In this document: positions 29,933 through 38,990 of the stretch, one piece after another
How the letters are laid out: each line of letters begins with the position of its first letter
Position numbering within the stretch: position 1 is the stretch's first letter
From: Candidatus Cloacimonadales bacterium
GTDB taxonomy: Bacteria; Cloacimonadota; Cloacimonadia; Cloacimonadales; JAIOQZ01
Direction: 5' to 3'
DNA: 64,000 bases
NCBI GenBank assembly: GCA_963674825.1
Contig: OY771587.1
Span: 2,752,001-2,816,000, forward strand
Made by a program: the position numbers and the translations under genes
The notes under the pieces: model-generated
Database searches by the model: none
The model's input: the letters and a program-made list of their open reading frames with translations, nothing else
Told to the model about the DNA's origin: nothing

Positions 29933-31369
29933 ATGCAGAAGATGCGAAAAAGCAGCCGTTGGTTGCAATGGATTCTACCGTTTTTGATGATGGTTCTGGC
30001 AGTGAATATCTCCGCCGAACAAGGCAAGAAGACCGAGGTGGTTTTCTGGCACGCGATGGGTGGTCCGCTTGGCGATGCGTTGATATCGCTGGTGGAAGAC
30101 TTCAATAGCACTCATCCCGATATCTATATCAAAGCGATCAACATGGGAAACTACTCCGCGCTTTCCACAAAGCTGATGGCGAGTATCCAGGCTGACGAGC
30201 AGCCGGATATCGCGCAAGCATTCGAATCGTGGATCGCGAACTTCATGGAGGCTGACAAGCTTGTGCCCATGGATGATTTTATCGCACAGGATGCCGAATT
30301 CCGCGCATCGCTGGATGATATTTTCCCCGTATTTATACAGAGCAATACGTTTGACGGGCGTCTTTGGGCGTTCCCGTTCAACAAGAGCGTCCGCGTGATG
30401 TACTACAATCGTGACGCCTTTTTCCGGCACGGACTCGATCCGTACTCCTGTCCCGAGACATGGGACGAATTTCGGGAGTATTGCCGGAAACTGACGGTCG
30501 ATGAAGACAACGATGGCGTTCCGGAGGTCTTTGGGACTACGTTCCCCGTGAGTGCATGGCAGTTCGAGAATCTGCTATTGCAGGCAGGCGGGGAAGTCAT
30601 GAGTCCCGACAACAGAACCCCTCTGTTCAATCAAGAACCGGGTGTGGAAGCGCTTAACTTCCTTTCCGCACTGCTGAACGAAGACAAGACGGCCTACCTC
30701 TCCACTGGCTACGAGGGTCAGAACGACTTTCTCGCCGGCAAGGTGGCGATGGTGGAAGGCTCGAGCGTTTCGATGGCGTACCTGCAACTGACCGGCATTA
30801 ACTTCTACATGGGAATCGGTCCCATCCCGGTCAGAGAAACCAAGCGCAATATCATCAGCGGAACGAACGTGGTGATCTTCCGTGGGCAGGATCCTAAGGT
30901 CGAGAAAGCAGCATGGGAATTCGTAAAGTGGTTTACCGAAGCACCGCAGACGGCGAAGTGGTCGTATGACACCTACTACATGCCGGTGCGAAAGAGTGCG
31001 TTTGACGAACCGGTCTTGAAAGAACGACTGGAGACATATCCCGAGATCGCGGCGGTCTATGACCAATTGAACTATTCGACGTTCGAGCCGCCGATCGCGG
31101 AGTGGTATTCTGCCCGTAAACAGCTTGAAGAGAATGTGATCGAGAAGGTTCTGCGCGGTAAGCTCAGTCCGCAGGACGCGCTGGACAAAGCCGCAGACAA
31201 GATCGAGCAGGAATTGAAGAGCACCGGTGAGAAAGGCGGTTCCAGCCACCGCAAGGTGAAAGAACACAGCTATTTTCTCGAACTGATGGTGATTCTGGGG
31301 ATGATTCTGGTGATCATCGCGATTGTCTGGCTGATCTCCTGGATCAAGAAACGGGCCGAGGGTTATTGA
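29933..31369 (+). CDS. Sugar/glycerol-phosphate-type ABC substrate-binding protein with C-terminal membrane anchor
   Basis: VVFWHAMGG, FNSTHPDI, PFNKS..MYYN, PETWDE, AWEFVKW, YMPVRKSA; C-terminal hydrophobic helix plus KKR. Confidence 0.88.
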   Translation: MQKMRKSSRWLQWILPFLMMVLAVNISAEQGKKTEVVFWHAMGGPLGDALISLVEDFNSTHPDIYIKAINMGNYSALSTKLMASIQADEQPDIAQAFESWIANFMEADKLVPMDDFIAQDAEFRASLDDIFPVFIQSNTFDGRLWAFPFNKSVRVMYYNRDAFFRHGLDPYSCPETWDEFREYCRKLTVDEDNDGVPEVFGTTFPVSAWQFENLLLQAGGEVMSPDNRTPLFNQEPGVEALNFLSALLNEDKTAYLSTGYEGQNDFLAGKVAMVEGSSVSMAYLQLTGINFYMGIGPIPVRETKRNIISGTNVVIFRGQDPKVEKAAWEFVKWFTEAPQTAKWSYDTYYMPVRKSAFDEPVLKERLETYPEIAAVYDQLNYSTFEPPIAEWYSARKQLEENVIEKVLRGKLSPQDALDKAADKIEQELKSTGEKGGSSHRKVKEHSYFLELMVILGMILVIIAIVWLISWIKKRAEGY

Positions 31370-31408
31370 TCGTAAATAATAATGATAATGAGATAAAAAG
31401 AGGATACT

Positions 31409-33340
31409 ATGGCTAAAGAAAAGCTTGAAATCAGGTTTCCCGATGGAAACGTGAAAGAATATCATAACGGCGTAACGCCGCTGGAGATCGCTGAGGGAAT
31501 CAGCGAGAATTTCGCGCTACGTGCAATCGCCGCTGAAGTCAACAAGAAGCTCGTCGATATGATGGAGCCGATTACGGAAGATGCAGAGATTCTCTTCCAT
31601 ACATTCGAAAGCGAAACCGGTAAGGATATCTATTGGCACAGCGCATCTCACCTGATGGCGCAGGCCGTGAAACAATTGTTCCCTGATGTCAAAGTGGGTA
31701 TCGGGCCGTCAATCGAGAACGGTTTCTACTACGATTTCGATCGCGAACAGGCCTTCACCGACGAAGAGCTTGAACAGATCGAAGAGCGTATGAAAGAGCT
31801 GTCAAAGGAGAAATTCCCTTACCAGCGTAAGGTGGTGAGTCGCGAGGAAGCGCTCGAGATCTTCACAAAGATGGACGAACCCTATAAAGTCGAATTAATC
31901 CAGGCCCTCCCCGAGGGTGAGACGATCTCGACCTACACACAGGGTGACTTCATTGACCTTTGCCGCGGACCGCACGTGTTGCACACCGGTAAGATCAAAG
32001 CTGTCAAGCTGCTCAAGACCTCCGGTGCATACTGGCATGGCGATGAACGCAACAAGATGCTCAAGCGCATCTACGGTATCGCATTCCCGACCAAGAAGGA
32101 ACTCAAGCAGTACCTTGCAGATTTGGAAGAAGCTAAGAAGCGCGACCATCGTAAGCTTGGCAAGGAACTCGACCTCTTCTCAATCTCCGACGAGATCGGA
32201 GCGGGACTCGTGCTGTGGCACCCGAACGGCGCTATGATGCGCGCGATTATCGAGCAGTACTGGAAAGACAGGCATTTCGATGCCGATTATCAGCTCGTCA
32301 ATACACCGCACATCGGACGCAGCGACCTCTGGAAGACCAGCGGTCACCTCGGATTTTACTCCGAATCGATGTACGCGCCCATTGAGGTGGAAGGTCAGGA
32401 CTACTATCTTAAGCCCATGAACTGCCCCTTCCATATCATGATCTACAAATCGTCCCTGCGCAGCTATCGCGAGCTGCCGGTACGTTATGCCGAGATGGGA
32501 ACCGTGTACCGCTACGAACGGTCTGGAACCCTCCACGGTCTGATGCGCGTTCGCGGATTTACTCAGGACGACGCGCACCTCATCTGCACGGAAGATCAAC
32601 TGAATGAAGAAGTGGTCAAGCTGCTCGACTTCTCGCTGAGCATGCTGCGTGCGTTCGGTTTCCAGGAATTCAAGGTTTACCTCTCCACAAAGCCCGAGAA
32701 ATCAGTGGGTGAGGTGGAAGACTGGGTCAAGGCACAGGACGCGCTCGAACTTGCGCTCAAGCAAGCCGAGATCGAATACGACATCGACGAAGGCGGTGGA
32801 GCGTTCTACGGTCCCAAGATCGACATAAAGGTCAAGGACTCGCTGAACAGACTTTGGCAGCTCAGCACGATCCAATTCGACTTCAATCTTCCCGAGCGGT
32901 TCGACATGGAATACATCGGCGCGGATAACCAGCCGCATCGTCCGTTCATGATCCACCGCGCGCTGCTCGGTTCGCTCGAACGGTTCTTCGGAACCCTGAT
33001 CGAGTACCACGCGGGTAACTTCCCGACCTGGCTCTGCCCGATTCAGGTGATGGTGCTGCCGATCTCCGAAAACTTCGAGCACTACGGCGACATCGTGTTG
33101 CGCAAGCTGAAAAAAGCCGGTATTCGTGCGCAGATCGACCTGCGTAACGAAAAGATCGGCTACAAGATCCGCGAAGCCGAGATGAAGAAGATCCCGTACA
33201 TGTTCATCCTCGGTCAGCGCGAAGAAGATACCAGCACTGCCTCAATCAGACGCCACGGTGAAGGTGATGTGGGCTCGTTCGAGATCGATCAGGCAATCCA
33301 GAAGATCATCGACGATATCGAGAGCGTAAAGAAGCAATAA
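31409..33340 (+). CDS. thrS: Threonine--tRNA ligase
   Basis: TGS domain, HSASHLMAQAV, DLCRGPH, RDHRKLG, LKPMNCP, RVRGFTQDDAH, GAFYGPKID, MIHRA. Confidence 0.98.
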   Translation: MAKEKLEIRFPDGNVKEYHNGVTPLEIAEGISENFALRAIAAEVNKKLVDMMEPITEDAEILFHTFESETGKDIYWHSASHLMAQAVKQLFPDVKVGIGPSIENGFYYDFDREQAFTDEELEQIEERMKELSKEKFPYQRKVVSREEALEIFTKMDEPYKVELIQALPEGETISTYTQGDFIDLCRGPHVLHTGKIKAVKLLKTSGAYWHGDERNKMLKRIYGIAFPTKKELKQYLADLEEAKKRDHRKLGKELDLFSISDEIGAGLVLWHPNGAMMRAIIEQYWKDRHFDADYQLVNTPHIGRSDLWKTSGHLGFYSESMYAPIEVEGQDYYLKPMNCPFHIMIYKSSLRSYRELPVRYAEMGTVYRYERSGTLHGLMRVRGFTQDDAHLICTEDQLNEEVVKLLDFSLSMLRAFGFQEFKVYLSTKPEKSVGEVEDWVKAQDALELALKQAEIEYDIDEGGGAFYGPKIDIKVKDSLNRLWQLSTIQFDFNLPERFDMEYIGADNQPHRPFMIHRALLGSLERFFGTLIEYHAGNFPTWLCPIQVMVLPISENFEHYGDIVLRKLKKAGIRAQIDLRNEKIGYKIREAEMKKIPYMFILGQREEDTSTASIRRHGEGDVGSFEIDQAIQKIIDDIESVKKQ

Positions 33341-33352
33341 GTCGTAAACTTT

Positions 33353-33390
33353 GCACTCCCATTATCACGCGATGATGGGAGTGCTTTTTT
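33353..33390 (+). terminator. Rho-independent terminator of thrS
   Basis: GCACTCCCATTATC-acgc-GATGATGGGAGTGC followed by TTTTTT. Confidence 0.85.
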
Positions 33391-33428
33391 CATATTGTTC
33401 AGGATTCACTGTTGGGTTGAGTGTTTTC

Positions 33429-33633
33429 TTTTTGCTGTCCTTCGACTCCGCTCAGGATGACACAAAAAGAAAACGTGAAAGCTGTTCAGAGCCGTATGAC
33501 AGATAAAGGAAATGGTGAAAGCTGAGCTGAACTGAACCGGATAACGCATAAGGATAAGTGAAGACATTATTTGCTTACATTGTGTCATCCTGAGCGGAGT
33601 CGAAGGACAACAATGTAAGCGAGGAAACGTGAG
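33429..33633. repeat. 205-bp repeat unit, copy 1, containing a perfect 30-bp inverted-repeat pair (33436-33465 / 33580-33609)
   Basis: TGTCCTTCGACTCCGCTCAGGATGACACAA ... TTGTGTCATCCTGAGCGGAGTCGAAGGACA; direct repeat of 33976-34180 with 2 substitutions seen. Confidence 0.95.
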
Positions 33634-33645
33634 GTACCAGCACTC

Positions 33646-33963
33646 ATGAAAACGTACTGGGTTTACATCCTTGAATGCTCTGATGGGTCCTACTATACAG
33701 GCTCAACATCAGATATCGAGGCAAGGATGTCACAGCACAATCAAGGGATTATCGAGGGCTACACTTCCAGCCGAAGGCCTGTGAAACTTGTTTTCTCGCA
33801 AGATTTCGGCTATGTTTGGGATGCGGTTGCTGCTGAGAGACAGATAAAAGGTTGGACAAGAAAGAAAAAACAAGCGTTAATCAACGGTAAGTATGAACTA
33901 TTGATTGAGCTTGCAAAGTGCAAAAATGATTCAAGCTCTGAGAATTATCATAGCAGTGAATGA
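33646..33963 (+). CDS. GIY-YIG nuclease, UPF0213/YhbQ-like
   Basis: YWVYILECSDGSYYTGST.D...R..QHN.G..YT..RRPVKLVF, A..ERQIKGW.R.KK.ALI; GAGG RBS. Confidence 0.93.
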   Translation: MKTYWVYILECSDGSYYTGSTSDIEARMSQHNQGIIEGYTSSRRPVKLVFSQDFGYVWDAVAAERQIKGWTRKKKQALINGKYELLIELAKCKNDSSSENYHSSE

Positions 33964-33975
33964 AGAATGAACGTT

Positions 33976-34180
33976 TTTTTGCTGTCCTTCGACTCCGCTC
34001 AGGATGACACAAAAAGAAAACGTGAAAGCTGTTCAGAGCCGTATGACACATAAAGGAAATGGTGAAAGCTGAGCTGAACTGAACCGGATAACGCATAAGG
34101 ATAAGTGAAGACATTGTTTGCTTACATTGTGTCATCCTGAGCGGAGTCGAAGGACAACAATGTAAGCGAGGAAACGTGAG
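33976..34180. repeat. 205-bp repeat unit, copy 2, with 30-bp inverted repeats (33983-34012 / 34127-34156)
   Basis: Direct repeat of 33429-33633 at offset 547 bp. Confidence 0.95.
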
Positions 34181-34215
34181 CAGAAAGGACATAAAAGAAG
34201 ATTCGGGAGACCAAC

Positions 34216-35181
34216 ATGAACATCATCGAGCAGATAAAAAAAGAGCTGAATCTGGAGGCCGAATCGATCAGAATGGCTTCCGAACGTTTGGATGAAAACG
34301 TGGAAAAAGCGATCGAGCTGCTGCAAAACTGCGCAGGCAAGATCGTGGTCACAGGAATGGGGAAGACCGGCATCATCGCGCGGAAAGTGGCGGCAACGCT
34401 TGCCAGTACGGGATCGACAGCCATCTTCCTGCACGCCGCCGAAGGGCTTCACGGTGATCTTGGGATGCTCGCAAAGGGCGATGTAGTCATTGCGATTTCC
34501 AACACAGGCAATACACAGGAACTGATCTCCATCCTTCCCTACATGAAATTCCTGAAGGTGCCGATTATCGCCTTCACCGGTAATCTCGAATCAAAGCTCG
34601 CGGATGCGTCTGACGTCGTCATCGACTGCGGTGTGCCCAAGGAATACGAGCCGCTAGGACTCGTTCCTACATCCAGCACCACCGTTGCGCTTGCCATGGG
34701 AGATGCTATCGCGATTGCACTGCTCAAGAGCCGCGATTTCAGCGAGAAGGATTATGCAAGGTTTCATCCCGGTGGGACGATCGGCAAAAAACTTCTGCTG
34801 CGGGTGGGTGATTTGATGCATGCCGGGGAGCGTAACCCCATTGTGCGCGAAAATGTTACTATGCAGGAAGTGATCATGGAAATGACCGCTAAAGGTCTTG
34901 GGTGTACTGGTATTTGCGATGCCGATGGCAGGCTTTTGGGGATCATCACAGATGGCGATCTCCGCAGGATCCTGCAAAAAGATGGTAACGTGCTGGAGCT
35001 CAGCGCGCTCGAATGCATGACAGTCAATCCGAAGCGTCTGACGGCTCAGACTTTCGCTGTCGATGCGCTCAATATCATGGAAGACAATAAGATTACCATG
35101 CTTCCGGTTGTAGATGAAGACCAACACCAGATAGGCATGCTGCATATGCACGATTTGATTCAAGCCGGCGTGGTTGGATGA
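34216..35181 (+). CDS. kdsD: Arabinose-5-phosphate isomerase, KpsF/GutQ family
   Basis: VTGMGKTG.IARK.AAT.ASTG, EGLHGDLG, PTSST, FHPGG; C-terminal CBS pair. Confidence 0.93.
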   Translation: MNIIEQIKKELNLEAESIRMASERLDENVEKAIELLQNCAGKIVVTGMGKTGIIARKVAATLASTGSTAIFLHAAEGLHGDLGMLAKGDVVIAISNTGNTQELISILPYMKFLKVPIIAFTGNLESKLADASDVVIDCGVPKEYEPLGLVPTSSTTVALAMGDAIAIALLKSRDFSEKDYARFHPGGTIGKKLLLRVGDLMHAGERNPIVRENVTMQEVIMEMTAKGLGCTGICDADGRLLGIITDGDLRRILQKDGNVLELSALECMTVNPKRLTAQTFAVDALNIMEDNKITMLPVVDEDQHQIGMLHMHDLIQAGVVG

Positions 35182-35405
35182 CGTGAAAAGCTTGCTGATA
35201 CATTCACTTGTCGAGGTTGGATGGAACGTGATTCGTAACTTACTGAAAAGAAATGGAATATATGATAGATAGCCAATTATTGAAATCCCTGAAAACCACT
35301 CGTAACTTACTAAAATCATTGACGACAATCCGGTTCTGGGAAAATTCCTTTGACAAAAGAGAAAATAGGTACTGAACATGTACTCGTGTAAGAATGTGAG
35401 GTGAT

Positions 35406-35702
35406 ATGGATATTAAATTTAGAGACGTAAGTGCGGGATCAGTTGAAGCACGTGCTGTTGTGGAAGTTGCTCCCGGAGTATTCATGAACGAAATTACAAT
35501 ACTCCGCAAACATGATCAAGTCGTTGTGGAACTCCCGCAAAAGAGTTTTAAAGGTAAAAATGGCAAGTTTCATTATCTCGATATTATAACTTTCGAGAAC
35601 GAAAACAAACAAACACTCTGGCTGCTTGAAATCAGACAGGCATATATCGACTGGCGCAGGAAAAACAAAAAAGTCCTCGTTTACCAAGCGGAGGAAGAAT
35701 AA
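35406..35702 (+). CDS. Small protein, possibly SpoVG-like nucleic-acid binding
   Basis: GAGGTG RBS; pattern ARA.V....FMNEI.I.....V.LP.K...G...Y.DII..EI.QAY loosely resembles SpoVG. Confidence 0.6.
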   Translation: MDIKFRDVSAGSVEARAVVEVAPGVFMNEITILRKHDQVVVELPQKSFKGKNGKFHYLDIITFENENKQTLWLLEIRQAYIDWRRKNKKVLVYQAEEE

Positions 35703-37009
35703 AAACCGAAATCGGAACCGATAAAAAGAAGGAACGCGTATTCCTGATCGGCTTGCAGACTCCAGCCAGTTCGCGCGCGGAGTACGAGAAATCGATGGAA
35801 GAACTAGGCAGGCTTGCCGACACAGCCGAGGCGGAAGTTATCGGCGTGTTCATCCAGTCACGCCAGAAACCGATACCGGCGACTTTCATCGGCAAGGGTA
35901 AGATCCTCGAGATCAAGGCCGAAGCAGATAAGGAGAGTGTCGGAACGCTCATCTTCAACGATAATCTCACACCGGCGCAAGCTCGCAATATAGCGAAGCT
36001 TACGCACTGCAACGTAGTTGATCGAACCGAATTGATTCTTGATATTTTCGCGCTCCATGCTCGCACCAAGCAGGCCAAGTGCCAGGTTGAGCTGGCGCAG
36101 CTTGAATATAATTACTCAAAGTTGAGAAATCTATGGCAGCACCTTTCGAGGATCGAAGGTGGCATCGGAACACGTGGTCCCGGCGAAAAGCAGATTGAGA
36201 TAGATCGTCGAGAGATCAAACGCAAGATCACCCTTTTAAAAGATCAGCTTAAGGTCATTGAAAAGGAAACGCAGGTCAAACGGCAGAAGCGCAAAGACTA
36301 CCTTTCCATTGCGCTGGTGGGTTATACCAACGCAGGAAAATCAACGCTTTTCAACCGCATGACACGCGAAGAGATCTACGTGGCAGATCAGCTTTTCGCG
36401 ACGCTGGATTCTACATCGAGAGCACTTTATCTTGATGGTAAGGAAAACATTGTCGTCACCGACACCATTGGATTTATCGATAAACTACCGCATACGCTTG
36501 TCTCGGCGTTTCATTCGACACTGATCGAAGTGGAAGAGGCTGATCTACTGATGCACGTGGTCGATGCGTCCAATCCAATGCTTTTTCAGTATATCGAATC
36601 TGTGGAAAAGGTGTTGAAGGAGCTGAAAGCGCACCAGAAGAATATCCTGATGGTGTTCAATAAATGCGATACGGTAAAGCCGGTGCAACTGGCGTTTTTA
36701 CGAAAGAAGCTGCTTGGAGAGTACCCGCACGCGGTGTTCATCTCGGCAGCGTTCGACGAGAATCTGGATGATCTGACAGAAAAGGTTCGTTACTTCATTG
36801 ACAGGCAGAAGCGAAGAATTACACTGCAAGTCCCGGTTGAGTTACAGAGCCTGATATCATTTTTATACGATCACGCTCAGGTTCACGAGAAAGTTTACAA
36901 TGATGAAGACCGGGTTTTCGAAATGGATATTACTGTCGATGTGCGCTTGATCAAGAACATCAATCGGCAGATTGAGAAGGTTCATTTCGATAGACTTGGT
37001 ACCGAATAA
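35699..37009 (+). CDS. hflX: GTPase HflX (start probably non-canonical ATA at 35699; first ATG/GTG/TTG is TTG 35753)
   Basis: DRTELILDIFA.HA, GGIGTRGPGE, LVGYTNAGKSTLFN, LFATLD, DTIGF, NKCD; in-frame KERVFLIG upstream of the TTG. Confidence 0.95.
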   Translation: MKTEIGTDKKKERVFLIGLQTPASSRAEYEKSMEELGRLADTAEAEVIGVFIQSRQKPIPATFIGKGKILEIKAEADKESVGTLIFNDNLTPAQARNIAKLTHCNVVDRTELILDIFALHARTKQAKCQVELAQLEYNYSKLRNLWQHLSRIEGGIGTRGPGEKQIEIDRREIKRKITLLKDQLKVIEKETQVKRQKRKDYLSIALVGYTNAGKSTLFNRMTREEIYVADQLFATLDSTSRALYLDGKENIVVTDTIGFIDKLPHTLVSAFHSTLIEVEEADLLMHVVDASNPMLFQYIESVEKVLKELKAHQKNILMVFNKCDTVKPVQLAFLRKKLLGEYPHAVFISAAFDENLDDLTEKVRYFIDRQKRRITLQVPVELQSLISFLYDHAQVHEKVYNDEDRVFEMDITVDVRLIKNINRQIEKVHFDRLGTE

Positions 37010-37054
37010 TAAGATTCGTATTAATGGATAGATTTGACCAAAGAAGGAGGAATC

Positions 37055-38272
37055 ATGGTCAGGAACTTTGAAGCTATAATATCGGATAACGCACGTGGCA
37101 TGAAACGCTCGGCGATACGCGAACTCTTGAAACTGGCAACGGACCCGGAGATTATCTCTTTTGCCGGAGGACTTCCCGCCCCCGAGTCGTTCCCGGTTGA
37201 CGAACTGAAAGAAGTTATGGTCGAAGTGATGGAAAACGAGCCGCAGGTTGCGCTGCAATACGGTGCGACGGAAGGCGACAAGCTTCTCCGCGAGATGATC
37301 GTGCAGAACTACCGCAGGGAAGGTTTTGACATTGATATCGATAACGTGTTGGTCACAACAGCATCCCAGCAGGGTCTAGACCTCCTTGCAAAGATATTTA
37401 TCAATCGTGGCGACAAGGTGATCGTCGGCAAGCCGTCTTACCTTGGCGGACTCAGTGCATTTAACAGTTATGGCGCGCAGTTTGTCGGCGTTGAGCACGA
37501 TGAATTCGGTATGCGTTACGACAAGCTGAAAGAAGCGCTTGAAGACCTCCGTGCGAAGGGTGAAAAGGCTAAGTTCATATACACGATTCCAGATTTCCAG
37601 AATCCAGCAGGCGTCACCATGCCGGAAGACCGTCGTATCAAGATTCTCGAGCTGGCATACGAGCACGATATCCTCATTATTGAAGATAGCCCGTATCATG
37701 AGCTCCGCTTTGAAGGCGAGCACCTGAAGACCTTCTACGCGCTGGACAACAAGGGGCAGGTTATCAACCTCGGTACCTTCTCCAAGATCTTCTGTCCCGG
37801 CTTCCGTATTGGCTGGGTAATTGCCGACAAGACCATTCTGGACAAGTTTGTCGTTGCCAAGCAGGCAGTTGACCTGTGTACCCCGCCATTCACGCAGCGA
37901 ATCGCAGCGAGATTCATAGAAAAGGGATACCTCGGACCGCGAATCGAAAAAATAATTAACTTATACCGCGAAAAGCGCGATATCATGTTGGCGGAATTCG
38001 ATAAGCACATGCCGGAAGGTGTGACCTGGACACGTCCCGAAGGCGGACTGTTCCTGTTCATGACACTCCCCGAAGGTATGGACGCAACCAAGCTCTTCAT
38101 GAGAGCGCTTGAACAGAAAGTGGCGTTTGTGGTCGGATCGCATTTCTTCTGCGATGGATCCGGAGCCAATACGCTCAGAATCAACTTCTCGTATATGTCG
38201 AATGAAAAGAACATCGAAGGTGTGAAGCGCCTTGCGACCGCAATCCGCGAAGAGATGAAGAGTCTCGGATAA
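37055..38272 (+). CDS. PLP-dependent aminotransferase class I (LysN/MocR-like)
   Basis: SAIRELLK, ISFAGGLP, YTIPDFQNPAG, IEDSPY, GTFSKIFCPGFRIGW, PEGGLF; AAGGAGG RBS. Confidence 0.93.
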   Translation: MVRNFEAIISDNARGMKRSAIRELLKLATDPEIISFAGGLPAPESFPVDELKEVMVEVMENEPQVALQYGATEGDKLLREMIVQNYRREGFDIDIDNVLVTTASQQGLDLLAKIFINRGDKVIVGKPSYLGGLSAFNSYGAQFVGVEHDEFGMRYDKLKEALEDLRAKGEKAKFIYTIPDFQNPAGVTMPEDRRIKILELAYEHDILIIEDSPYHELRFEGEHLKTFYALDNKGQVINLGTFSKIFCPGFRIGWVIADKTILDKFVVAKQAVDLCTPPFTQRIAARFIEKGYLGPRIEKIINLYREKRDIMLAEFDKHMPEGVTWTRPEGGLFLFMTLPEGMDATKLFMRALEQKVAFVVGSHFFCDGSGANTLRINFSYMSNEKNIEGVKRLATAIREEMKSLG

Positions 38273-38285
38273 TACCGGAGATTTC

Positions 38286-38990
38286 ATGAATACAACAAAA
38301 ACCGATGTCTGCATCCAGATGGAAGACTTGCGGAAATGGGCCAAATACGGCAAACTGCTTTCCGGAGTGATCCACAACCTTAATACCCCCCTGATGGGGA
38401 TTACAGGAAGAGTTGAGCTTATCTCATTCAAGATGCCCGACCTCAAGGGGCTCGAGCAAATAACCCGGCAACTGGACGCGATCAACGATATTTTGTCCGC
38501 GCTGGCGTTCATGGTCGATAAAGACACCAATGTCGAATCGATGGTGATGGACTTGAATGAGCTGATCGGCAAAGTGAATGGTTTCATGCGAGCCGATATG
38601 AAGTACAAGCATCGGTTGGATGTTGAACTTGATTTACAGGACACGATAATCGTCGATACGATTCCGTGCTACTTGCAGAATGCAATCATTGAAATCATCG
38701 GGCATAGCCTCTCGCTATGCGATGACGACAATACAATCACGATTCAATCGAGGCTGGATGGTAACGATGCGCTCGTTATCATCCAGCACGATGGTAAAAG
38801 GATTCCGGAAGTGGCGATCAGCTCGATTGGTACGGCTCTGGAAGATCATAATCAGGACGACCCGGCATTCAATCTGTGCCTGGCCGATTACTATTTACGT
38901 AAGATCGATGCGCGTCTCGAGGTTAAGAATACCGATGTGGGCGCAGTCTATGAATTGAGAATTCCTGCTAAAAAAGGGAAGGGAAAATGA
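38286..38990 (+). CDS. Histidine-kinase-like protein with H-box but degenerate ATP-binding domain
   Basis: GVIHNLNTPL H-box; G1 box appears as HDGKRI, no GxGLG G2 box; no sensor or TM region. Confidence 0.7.
   Translation: MNTTKTDVCIQMEDLRKWAKYGKLLSGVIHNLNTPLMGITGRVELISFKMPDLKGLEQITRQLDAINDILSALAFMVDKDTNVESMVMDLNELIGKVNGFMRADMKYKHRLDVELDLQDTIIVDTIPCYLQNAIIEIIGHSLSLCDDDNTITIQSRLDGNDALVIIQHDGKRIPEVAISSIGTALEDHNQDDPAFNLCLADYYLRKIDARLEVKNTDVGAVYELRIPAKKGKGK

Noticed and set aside
31370..31408. T-box or thrS translational operator
   Set aside because: Only 39 nt separate thrS from the upstream gene; no room or motif for such a leader.
33429..34180. CRISPR array or composite transposon
   Set aside because: Repeats alternate in orientation, the spacers are duplicates of each other, and there are no cas genes, transposase or clear target-site duplication.
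33406..34452. Minus-strand ORFs 33406-33588, 33881-34192, 34122-34424, 34132-34452
   Set aside because: Translations of the repeat unit or antisense to kdsD and the nuclease; their mutual similarity comes from the DNA repeat.
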